A stretch of DNA of 64,000 nt from Octopus vulgaris. Taxonomy: Eukaryota. The position numbers and the translations under genes were made by a program. The notes below the pieces were generated by a model. That model was given only the letters and a program-made list of their open reading frames with translations, was not told the DNA's origin and made no database searches. The stretch covers positions 50,034,001 to 50,098,000 of the forward strand of contig OX597823.1 in the NCBI GenBank assembly GCA_951406725.2, written 5' to 3'. Below, in pieces: positions 26,178 through 37,620 of the stretch. Position 1 is the first letter of the stretch. Each line of letters begins with the position of its first letter.

Positions 26178-27639
26178 CTAAATATAAGGAAAAAAAAACT
26201 GAATCTCAGATAGCAAAATAGAAGAAAACAAAACTATTTTCAACCCTAGATAGTTTACATTTCTAATTCTTCCTTTTTTCACCAGTTTCAGTCACTGGAC
26301 TACAGCCATGCTTGAGCACTGCTGCAAGAGATTTTTGTTGATTATACTAACCGCGGAGGAAAGGTAAAGACAACATGACTGAAAATCGTGTAATCTTTTG
26401 GTATTCCAAGAGTTGGGTTTTTTTTTTATAGATATACCAATTCCATCATCCCATCGAATGTACATCATCATTTTATATACATTTTTTCCATAGGTTGGAC
26501 AATAGTAGAGTATTCCTTAATGCAGTAGTTCTCAGCCATTTCTACTGGACCTCCATAGCCATTCAATATATATATTTAAAAATCCTATTTACGGAAATGT
26601 ATTTGCATAGCAAGTGATCTGATCTGAGATCGTGTGCTGACACAAAAACAATTGCAACATGGAAGGTTTTTGTAAGCCATTTAAAAACACACAAAAACCG
26701 TTAGATTCACTTCAATGCTTAAATTTAATTTGCCAAAATATTTACATCACTTTGAGACTACGACCTGAGTGAACAGGTCGCGGTCTCAAAAATCCTACTG
26801 TATTTTTAAAATTAAATATTAGAAAAGATTGAAATATTTTGTGCATTGTAGAAGTATAATCACTTTATTGCACATAAATTTTAACAAAAAAAAAATTCTT
26901 ATATGGACCCCAGCTGAGAAACACTACTTGAGAGTCAAGTATTCTTTCCTGCTAAATAAACTTTTTGTGTTGACTGGTTATATTTGAAGACTATTCATTT
27001 CTAGACTTTTACTTTCGCAAATTCTTCTTCAATTCTTTGATAGATTTAGTAATGAGAACTCTGTCAAACAGAAGTTTAAAGAATAGCTGGTTTTAGACTC
27101 CTTTGTAATGGCGGAAAATCTGCCTCAATAAGACTGTCTGGCCCATATAAACATGGAAAGGTAGATGTTAAAACAAAGATGATGAATCTAAAATGGTATC
27201 ACCCAACATGTCCTTCCTTTTCAAAGATAAGGTGTGATTTAAAGGATATTTAGTTTTTATTTCTAGCAGATAAATTGGCCATGTATAGGCTTACTCACTG
27301 ACTTGTCACTGTAAATGTTTCATGAACTGGTAAAAGTGACATTAAAGTATCAGGTAGAATGTTTTGCAGTACTTGTGCTGGCTCTCTAGACTAAGTTCAA
27401 AATCCAACTGAAACCGGTTTTGCCTTATGTTCTTTTATGTTACTAAATGAAGTATCAGAGTTAAACTTCTCCATCTTACTCTCAGAATTGTTTATACTGA
27501 AAGGGTACAGAAAAGAGCAGTCATAGACCACAGCCCAACCAATCTTTTCACTGTGTAGATTTACTAACAAAGAAAGTGTAAAATAATATAGATCAGGATA
27601 TGGCAAACCTTTCAGTTCTATATTTAAGAGATGAGGAAT

Positions 27640-27880
27640 TATGTACATTATTTACATTATTTACGAATATTTGTCCTCATCTTGTTTGTTGTTAACACAA
27701 CGTTGCAGCTGATATACCCTCCAGCCTTCATCGGGTGTCTTGGGGAAATTTCGAACTTGGGTTCTCATTCCTAAGGTGATGATGTTGTTGTTGTTATTAT
27801 TATTATTATTCAGGTCACTGCCTGGAATCGAACACGGAATCTTGGGGTTAGTATCCCCCTCTCTTAACCACTATGCCATA
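27640..27880 (-). mobile_element. tRNA-headed SINE with degenerate hammerhead-like motif
   Basis: Minus strand: A-box TGGCATAGTGG, B-box GTTCGATTCC, (AAT)n spacer, ACAC-CCGATGA-AGGCTG..CAGCT-GCAA-CG-TT-GTGT, then a (TGTAAATAA)-type tail. Confidence 0.65.
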
Positions 27881-28175
27881 TGGCATAGTGGTTAAAAGCA
27901 TGGGCTACATGTTTGTTCATGAGCCAACAAGGGAACAGCTAAATGATCATTCAATCTACTAGAAATAGCAACCAAATCTCCTTCAACTCACACCATACCA
28001 TCCTAAAAGAATAAAAGAATGCCCCAGCATGATTGAAGTCGAGTGACTGTAAAGAGTAAAAGTATATATAATTAAAATAACAATGTTTTCTAATTAGATG
28101 TCTGAAAAATGCAAAAAGTGAAATAAAGATTTATAATGACTAATTACACTTAAAGAGAAACAAAATATCACTGAC

Positions 28176-28293
28176 CTATTGAAATATGGAAATGTTGCAC
28201 CAGCTATTTTTAAGTTATCACATCCAAGGAAGAAGAAAAGGATATATCCACTCAGCGCAAGGATATCAAGAATTAGAGTCATCTGTATGGCCC
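28176..28293 (-). CDS. SLCO5A1: SLCO/OATP exon
   Basis: ttacag|GG acceptor and AG|gtcagt donor, 118 nt, phase 1-2. Translates GAIQMTLILDILALSGYILFFFLGCDNLKIAGATFPYFN. Confidence 0.9.
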
Positions 28294-29935
28294 CTGTAAA
28301 AACAAAATAATAATAATAATAATCCTTTCTACTATAGGCACAAGTCCTAGATTTTGGTGGGAGGGGGACAATCGATCACATTGACCACAGTACTTGACTG
28401 GTACTCAATTTATCGGCCTTGAAAGGATGAAAGGCAAAGTCAGCCTTGGCAGAATTTGAACTCAGAACATAGCGACAGAGGAAATACTGCTAAGCATTTC
28501 ACCTGGTGTGCTAACAATTCTGCCAGATCGCCGCCTTTGTAAAAATATATATGAAATGGAAATAGGGTGCACAATAGAACTGTTGCAAAAAGTTTGCCTC
28601 CTTGGCATGGCCAGAATCATTGAGAAAGTATTAGATAGTTGAAGAGAACATATAGCATGGTACCATAAGCTGCAAGCCTTGATTTCAAATTTGGCATAAG
28701 GTCAGCAATTTCAGGGACAGCGTAAGTTGATAATATCAACCCCAGTCTTCAACATGTACTTGACTTTATCAGCCCTGGAAAGGCAGAATTTGAACTCAGA
28801 ATGTAGACAGACAAAATACTGCTAAGCATTTCGCCTAATGATTGTGAGCTTGCTGCGTTAATAATATTAATAATAATAGTAATAATCCTTTCTGCTATAG
28901 GCACAATGCCTGAAATTTTGTGAGGGGTGGGGGTCTTGTTGACTATCAACACCAGTATTTAACTGGTACCTTTCTTTTTATTGACCCCGAAAGGATGAAA
29001 GACACTGGTACCTTTCTTTTTATTGACCCCGAAAGGATGAAAGACAAAGTCAACATCATCAGAATTTGAACCCAGAATGTTGGCACCAATCAATTAAAAG
29101 CAATTGAATGTCATTCGTTTCTAAAATATAGAAGTCAATATAGGTTTTATTTATTTATTTATTTTTTTTACATATTTCTTAGTGTCAAAGTTGTGTAGGG
29201 ATTAAAATGGTATCTAAAATGGGACTGTGTGATGTTCAAACTTTTCTCAAGAACATTACTGATTACTAGTATTAGTCGAAATGGTTGTCGCTGAAAATAA
29301 AGGAAAGTGTTTACTATGTAGAATCTTTTTTATCATTCTTAGATCATTAAAGACAGAATAATATGGAGTTGCTGGAAATCTTATTTTTAGGAATAACATT
29401 TATTTATTCTTTAGTCACCATCCAGCCTCATAGGCTTACACTTTTTTTTTTTTTTGTCCTACTCAGTTTTTATATTATACCAGAATATGAAGACACTGAA
29501 AGTGAGAGGAGTATATTGTCCTACCAGCATTGTAGGCTCCTAAGCAAATCTATGTACAGGGTCCTATAGTATTTATTTAGAGACCAAGTTGCAGCATACA
29601 TAGGCCTGTGTGAGGCCTCTGAAGACGGTACTCATAATATGCTTTCTAATTTCTGCAGCGCATACTCAGGAAAAAAATGTAGAGCATTAAAACTTATAGG
29701 AGGCAAAACTTTGTACAGGACCTGGGATGATTTTTTTTTTGAGACACCTTTTTGGGATAAAAAGTATGCGTCTTACACGCCATCAAATACGAAGGGAGGT
29801 AACTCTTCTAACTGGCAACAGTTTCTTCCCTTTATTTTGAACCGTGTGTTTGATTTCATTATAAATGTCACCAGCAACTGTAAACATACATAACAATTAT
29901 AAGGGTTTAATTAACTGAAATCGAATTACATTAAC

Positions 29936-30016
29936 CTTTTGGACAGAGTTGAAAACGACGAAGTACACAGCCTCCAATAAGGATTCCAACAACAGCACCA
30001 GGAATACCAATTCCAC
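29936..30016 (-). CDS. SLCO5A1: SLCO/OATP exon
   Basis: acag|GT acceptor and G|gttaat donor, 81 nt, phase 1-1. Translates GGIGIPGAVVGILIGGCVLRRFQLCPK. Not in the ORF track. Confidence 0.9.
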
Positions 30017-32822
30017 CTGTAAAGTTAACAGAACAAAGGAAATTATTTTAAGAAAAGAGTGATGACCAAATGTCATAATTATAAATTACCATTCAAGATC
30101 GAATTTCATTTCATTTGCATAAGAAAATTGAAACAGACAGCTCACGCCTGAAGTAGTTCTACCTGAACTGGAAACATCTCAAGTAGACCTGTTATGGCAA
30201 ATATGCTCGTTACTTAAGCATTGCCAGTCTAGCATAAATCCTGACTATAATTTAAATCTCATGTCAATTATAAGGAATTTATAAGACGTTGTGCAAACAA
30301 GGAGAAAAGCCCCTTGATCAGAGGATTTACTTGAAGGAAGAGACATAAAAAAGACTACAGCCGTAAAAGATCCACAGAAAAGACACACACAAGCCTGTAT
30401 CTGACTCATACATTGTTCGCTTTCCAGACATTTCTACATTACTGCATGTACTTTATATGCACTTTCTGACAAGTTGTGGTGCACCTGAGCACTGTATACA
30501 ATTAATTTCATTATCATTATTATTATTATTAAAAGTGTTACTGACTCACTGGGAGTAGAAGAACAGTAGCAGGACTGAAATGTGTATTTGACTCCATAAA
30601 TCTGGTGTTCATAGCAAATAGATATTAAAGAAAATGTGAAGACATCACCAGACACTGCATCAAAAACGGAAATCAGTAATACCAGATCTGATTACAGCCA
30701 TACTAACAACAAGCATCCTTGATTAGCCCTTTTGTTACTATATTTCTGTCAACATGTTATTTGACTTGTTTCATTCATTTGAATGTGGCCATGCTGGTGC
30801 ACCGCCTTTAGTCGAAGAAATTGACCTCAGGACTTATGCTTTGTAAGCCTAGTACTTATTCTATAAGTCGCTTTTGCTGAACCGCTAAGTTTCAGGGATG
30901 TAAACACACCAACATCAATTGTTGCCTTTCTTCCAATTAATTTTTAAGATAATGAAGTATTTCGAAAATACCTTTCTCATTATTAAGCTGGGGTCTGGAA
31001 CAAATTAACATAAAATTTTGAAGGAAGATTTTTATTTAGACTATTTTAAAACAGTAAGTTTACGTCATGAGACCTGAGTCAGTCTCAGGCGGGTTGGTAT
31101 CAAAAGGGTTGAAATTCAGTTTCACTCTTGCTGTAAAGTAACTTTGAATGGAAACAGAATGTCATGACTATGGCAATTTCAGTAATCATGTAGCTTTTAG
31201 TTTTGAAATTCAAATGAATTAAAACTGAAATATGAATTATACTACTTAAACAACCCACAAAGGAGTCTAAGAAAAATCCTTATAAATAGTTGTTAGCAGT
31301 CAGGACACTACATCCTTCAAAACTTCCATGCTCCCTGAAATTCGCCAACAGTACACATGATGCCCCTTTTTTTCTTTAAATGATTCACTTCCTGTGCATT
31401 AGTCTATGTACTGTTCATACACTTATGGCTACTTTTTCTGGTGAGTTGTAGTGCTATTGAGTAGTGTATACAATAAGCTCACTATATCATTATATTATAA
31501 TGATAGATTCAGACTGGGATAAAATTGGAAAACACACAATCCAGTGTGAAAGAATTGCTTGTAAACATCATAGTTTAACCCTTTTATATTCAAATTATTC
31601 TCTATTGAATATGATGCTTATTTATTCACATTGTTTCGAATTTATCATGTTGTCTTGTAGCTTCGATATTTCAATGATGTGATTGTTTATTTTTAAAATG
31701 ACATTATAGGAGAAATGTGAGAGGCTAGATCTGGTCAGTTTAAGCATAAAACTGGTAAAAATAGTTAGGCTTGATATGGCCGGTTTAAATACTAAAGAGT
31801 TTAATGAATATACACCTTAGCCAGCATAAACTGACACAGCATATTTCTTTCTGAGCTGTACATAATGGCACAGCTAACTAATGTGTGTTGATACCTCATG
31901 TAAAACATATCAATACCATATTCTTTACTATTAAAACATTTCCGGTTGCTAAATCCACTCAATGTAATTATTTTCCCCGTTAAACCCAACACTACAAAAG
32001 TGAAAGGTAAAATGTCTTTTCTATTTTAGATTGCATTCCAGACAGCAATAAACCTAACAGGAAATTAGGGTAACATGTTCAAATAATATTGACTGACACT
32101 TAGGTAGCTATTCTGTTGTAACATACTTTCTCCAGTCAACCAGGCCAAGCTGATCATCTCATGGATAGCATGGAATATTTTATCGTATTTGTTTCAGTCA
32201 TTAAACTGTGGCAACGCTGGGATATCACCTTGAAGAATTTTCAGGTGTATGAATTGACCCTGGTACTTATTATTTTTATTTCAGCCTGGCACTTATGCTA
32301 GGTGTCTCTTTTGCTGAACCACTAAGTTACAGGGACATAAACACACCAACGCTGGTTGTCAAGCAGCAATGGGGCACAAATATACACACACATACACACA
32401 CACACACAACTAGCTTCTTTCAGTTTCTTATTTCTTTATTGCCCACAAGGAGCTAAACATAGAGGAGACAAACAAGGACAAAGGGATTTAGTCAATTACA
32501 TCAACCCCAGTGCGTAACTGGTTCTTAATTTATCGACCCCGAAAGGACGAAAGGCAAAGTCGACCTTGGCGGAATTTGAACTCAGAATGTAACGGAAGAT
32601 GAAATACCGCTAAGCATTTCGCCTGGCATACTAATGTTTCTGCCAGCTTGCCGTCTTTATAGCTTCTTTCAGTTTCGGTCTACAAAACCTATAAAACTTT
32701 GGTTGCCCCAAGGCTATAGTAGAAGACACTTGCCCAAAGTGCCATGCAGTGGGACTGAAGCAAATTTTCAAATGATTTCCCAATTAAAACAAGATTGAAA
32801 CATCACAGTAAAAGTGTCTCAC

Positions 32823-32987
32823 CTGTAAATAGATTAGCGACTGAGGTAGAGCTTCCAAACTGGGTTTCAAAATATTTTGGCAGGAAAGTAACAAATCCAC
32901 TGACAATTGAGAACTCACAACATATACCAAGGCAAGTGATGAGGTAAATGGAATTCTTTAGAAGGAGCCAAATAGATTTTGGTATAT
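32823..32987 (-). CDS. SLCO5A1: SLCO/OATP exon
   Basis: tag|AT acceptor and G|gtgaga donor, 165 nt, phase 1-1. Translates DIPKSIWLLLKNSIYLITCLGICCEFSIVSGFVTFLPKYFETQFGSSTSVANLFT (conserved FLPKY-x-E-x-QF). Confidence 0.93.
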
Positions 32988-33674
32988 CTAGAAACAAAAG
33001 AACAGTCATTTATTTTATGTGGAAATCAAACAAGTAGCAATACAAAATTACCATATTTTCTGGCCAAAATTTTCTGACCAAAATATACAGCCAAAAAAGG
33101 TAGGTTGACTTATACACCAAGACAGCTTTGGAAGAACAAAACTATCATGTAGAATGCAACAGGATTTGGAAAGATAGCAACAGTATTCGAATGTTTACTC
33201 TATATAGTATGTTGTCTTGTATGCTGGAAAATATGGTTGGTATATGATTTTTTTTAGGGTACTGTTTTGATGCATTTTATAAAAGATACTGTGAGTTAGA
33301 AGCAAAAAGAATCAAACTGATAAGATGCTAAAAAATACCAAGGTAAAATGTGATTCTGTACCACCTTTATTTTTGGATGATTGTAAACAAATGTTTGCTG
33401 ATGTTGTATGTTGTTTTGCAGCCACAGAGCAGCTCAGATTTTTGTCAACATTGAACATCCATTTTCAATGCTACAGGCTAAACACCTTTGACTTTTTCAG
33501 CCCAATAGCTACATGCATTTCTTTTATAGCTTTATGTGCTTCAAGATCCACTGTTCCATATAAAAAAAAGAATTATTTTACCGTCTCAAAAGTTTATAAA
33601 TTCTTATGACATTGACGACATACAATTCTTGTTGGTAAGAATAAAGTTATTAAAATGGATAAGGAAATTCAAAG

Positions 33675-33749
33675 GATTGCTTTAGTTTCTAATGGCAGAA
33701 CTACTGTCCTATCTACAGGAGATGTAGGTTCAAGTCCCATGGGTAGCCT
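33675..33749 (+). pseudogene. tRNA-like sequence (degenerate tRNA or SINE head)
   Basis: D-arm TAGTTTCTAATGGCAGAACTA, anticodon-like arm CTGT-CCTATCT-ACAG, T-arm GTAGG-TTCAAGT-CCCAT. The acceptor stem is imperfect and the anticodon loop non-canonical. Confidence 0.4.
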
Positions 33750-34286
33750 TTAACTTTTTCTATCCAAAAGGGTTTCTCAATTTACATTCTACTATTCATA
33801 GCTTTGTGATTTGAGATCCACTACTCTAAAACATATGGCTGTGTGGTAAGAAGCTTGCTTCCCAATCACATGGTTCTGGGTTCAGTCCCACTGCATGGCA
33901 CCTTGGGCAAATGTCTTGTGCTATAGCCTTGAGCTGACCAAAACTTTGTGAATGGATTTGCCAGACGGAAACTAAAAGAAGCCCACTGTGTGTTTGTGTG
34001 AATATGTATGTGTTACATGAAGCCCAGTTACAAATACAGCCAGCTATTACCAGTAAAGGTTTTAGTTGCCAATTTTGTACAAGACCTTGTAGATCTTTAG
34101 CTGGGCTAAAAATTCACAATCGATCACAGCACCAGTAACAGTTAAGCTTCGTGCAATGGCCATACTCGATAACGAGGGGGCAGCCATAAAAAAAGAAATA
34201 TATATATATATGGTATAAAATTTTCGAAAAAATTTTATCAATGGCCAGCATATTAGAAAAAATACCATTAAAGGTTAAATTTATAA

Positions 34287-34443
34287 ACAACTTATAAACA
34301 AGGGCAAAAGAAAAACATTTCAATGCCAAATATATACCGAAATAGACTTAATCATCAATAACCATATAATTATATGGTTATTGATGATTAAGTCTATTTC
34401 GGCATATTTGGCATTGAAATTTCCTTCGCCCTTGTTTATAAGT

Positions 34444-34446
<3 letters not shown>
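34287..34446. repeat. Spacerless ~160-bp palindrome
   Basis: Centre ACCATATAA|TTATATGGT at 34369/34370; arms ACAACTTATAAACAAGGGC... / ...GCCCTTGTTTATAAGTTGT with a few indels. Confidence 0.9.
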
Positions 34447-34508
<62 letters not shown>

Positions 34509-35129
34509 TCATCATCATCGTTTAACGTCCGCTTTCCATGCTAGCATGAGTAGGACAATTTGACTGAGGGCTAGCAAACCAGATGGCTGCACCAGGCTTC
34601 AATCTTGATCTGGCAGAGTTTCTACAGCTGGATGCCCTTCCTAACTCCGAGAGTGTAGTGGGTGCTTTTACGTGCCACCGGCATGGGGCCAGTCAGGCAG
34701 TACTGGCAACAACCTCGCTCAAATCTTTTACACATGCCATAGGTGCCAGTAAGGCGATGCTGGTAACAGTCACACTCGAATGGTGTCTTTTACAAAAAAC
34801 AAACTATATTCTTTATTCTAATATACTGAGTTTTTCATTGTATGACTGGTGATAGGTATCAGCATCATTCTTGCTTATAGTGGCACTAGTTGAAGGGAAT
34901 CTATTGAAGCAGTACTATTTGGTTGGATAAACTTCCTGTTACCAAACCTTGCTTCTGAGAAAAGTACTTAGTCTCCTGGTCTTTTGTATAATATATGACA
35001 AGAAAATCCACCAGAATATATTTCACCTTTATTTCCTATCTACCTGCTTTCTTTCTATCTCTCCAGCAGAAAATTCAACAAAACCTGTTACTCTGAGTTT
35101 CACGTTCTCGTTCGGCGGACAGTTGTGCA

Positions 35130-35173
<44 letters not shown>

Positions 35174-35185
35174 CACACAGACACA

Positions 35186-36365
35186 CACGGTGCAATGGGT
35201 AAATTGTTGTCATTTTATATTCTTAATTTTGCACATTGTTTTTGATTTTGTCAACTACACAATATAGTAGTGTCAGTTGGGCACCGTTTTTGAGAAAAAC
35301 ACCACCATGATGCGATTCACTCTGCCAGAAATTTGGAAATAATATGCTGTATTGCTTGGCATTCATACCGGAAGCTCTAATACGAATATTTCAGAGTGTT
35401 TGGGTGTCATTTTGAGGACAGTGCAGAGGATTTGGAAAGAGTTGGATGAGTCTAATGGTGTTTATGAAGGTACGGCACCTCAGAAAACTCAGTCTGATCG
35501 TTCTGATAAGGAACGAATTCCTGAATTTGTTGGTGAGATCCAAGCCATGATTGACAACAATCCCTCCATGTCAATCAGGTCCATCGCCAGGGACATGGGA
35601 GTGCCTGATTTTCTTATCAGTGCATGAAGACATTCGGTATTCCTCATGCAACATGAGAAAGGGCCAATTTTTGTCCCAAGTCATCAAGGACAAGAGGAAA
35701 GACCATGCTACAAAGCTTTTGAACAAACTCAAGCATCCCCTCCAAATGAACATGTTTTGGTTTTTCTCAGACGAGAAAAATCTCTGCCAGGATCAGATGG
35801 TGAACACACAGAACAACCACTGGCTTACTATGTCCCAAAAACATGCACCAAGAGTGATAAAAATCAAACATCCAGTCAACATCATGGTGTTTGGAGTGAT
35901 CACTAGTGATGGCGATGTTATACTTCCATTCATCTTCCCACATGGCCTCAGACTCAACAGGGAGGCCTACATCAAGTGCCTGGAGGAGGTAGTGCTGCCC
36001 TGGATCAAGAGGTTGGCTACTGGAAGACCTTATGTCGGGCAACAAGACTCTGTACCATGCCATGCAAGCAGGAGAACCCAATAATGGTTGTCAGACAATT
36101 TCTGTGACCACATCACCCCTAACATCTGGCCACCATTGAGCGAGAGACCAACAAAACTCCTTGTAACACCAAAGATGAACCGAAGGCAAGGATTATGACA
36201 GCATTCACCAACCTTAACAAGGAGACCATCCAGAAGAGTTGCAGGAGATTCCGAAGTCATCTGGAGGCCATGGTTGAAGCCAATGGCAATTTTAGTAAAT
36301 AAATTTACTCTGTCAGTGTTATTTTCATTTTTGTATAATTTAGACAATTTATTCACCACATCTTG
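35186..36365 (+). mobile_element. Decayed Tc1/mariner-superfamily transposon (maT/DD37D-like)
   Basis: Frameshifted transposase: HTH region (ORF 35352-35627), WFFSDEKN, MVFGVITSDG, QQDSVPCH, IWPP, and C-terminal CRRFRSHLEAMVEANG. Imperfect TIRs (CACGGTGCAATGGGTAAATTGT / ACAATTTATTCACCACATCTTG) and 3' TA. Confidence 0.88.
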
Positions 36366-36570
36366 TATATGTGTGTGTCTTTGTTTGTCCCCACCACAAC
36401 CTCTTAACAACTGGTGTTGGTGTGTTTGTGCCCAGCAAAAGAGATTGATAGAATAAGTACTAGGCTTTAAAAAACAAGTCCTGGGGTCAATTTGTTCGAC
36501 TAAAACCCTTCAAGGCAGTGCTCCAGTATGGCCACAGTCAAATTACTGGAACAAGTAAAAGAATAAAAGA

Positions 36571-36613
<43 letters not shown>

Positions 36614-36640
36614 CGAATGAATAACATTGTTTATTTAAAA

Positions 36641-36730
36641 TCACTACAATTGTTTCAACACATTTTTACACTCATAGTACATTGGTGAGATGTGTAAAAA
36701 ACAAGGTATAAAAAACACTTCTTCAAGTGA
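36641..36730 (-). ncRNA. Hammerhead-ribozyme-like motif with long stem II (variant core)
   Basis: TCAC-TTGAAGA-[~63 nt with TTTTTACAC/GTGTAAAAA stem]-GAAA-CAATTG-TA-GTGA; C3 is replaced by U. Confidence 0.5.
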
Positions 36731-37352
36731 CAATTTAAATATGTCCTTTGTTAGACCCTACCACCATTTCACTCAGTGAGAATGCATACCCGAAATATAT
36801 AAACTCTATATAAATCCAATGGATATTATGGAATGCCTGATGTTTATCCTGGAACAGGAGCATTTCCACAGTATGATGACATCGAGTAGCCAATAACTGG
36901 ACAAGCTTCTATGAAGTTTTTACTCAAATCTTATTTACCGACATATATATATTCTTTCATTCTTTTACTTGTTTCAGTCATTTGACTGCAGCCATGCTGG
37001 AGCACCACCTTATACATGTCTTATATATATATTCTCTTATTTATTTCAGTCATTTGGCTGCAGCCATACCGGTACACTTCCTTAAAGGGTTATAATCAAA
37101 GAAATCAACCCCAGGACTTATTCTTTGTAAGCCTAGTACTTATTCTATCGGTCTCTTTTGCCAAACTGCTGAGTTACAGGGACAAACAAAGACACACATA
37201 AATATATACATACATACATACACACATATATATATATATATATATATGTTCACAGCAAGTCTATATTTTTTCTCTCCCTATCTTCCACAACTTACATACA
37301 TTTGCCGCTAATCGTTTTTAAATGTTTGAACTTATACACTAACGAGCTTGCC

Positions 37353-37620
37353 TTCCCTATCTTATTCTTTCTCTACGAAATTTAATCCCTTTAGGTACCC
37401 TCTATCTTTCTCTACGAAGTTTAATTCGATCTTCGCCACGCTTTCCCTATCTTATTCTTTCTCTACGAAATTTAATCCCTTAAGATACCCTCTATCTTTC
37501 TCTACGAAGTTTAATTCGATCTTCGCCACGCTTTCCCTATCTTATTCTTTCTCTACGAAATTTAATCCCTTAAGGTACCCTCTATTCTTTCTCTACGAAG
37601 TTTAATCCGATCTTCGCCAT
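37353..37620. repeat. 90-bp tandem repeat x3 inside an unclassified element with direct repeats
   Basis: Units start near 37353, 37443 and 37533, each with two CTTTCTCTACGAA(A/G)TTTAAT subunits. Flanked by ~65-bp direct repeats at 37246-37307 and 37766-37832. Confidence 0.9.
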
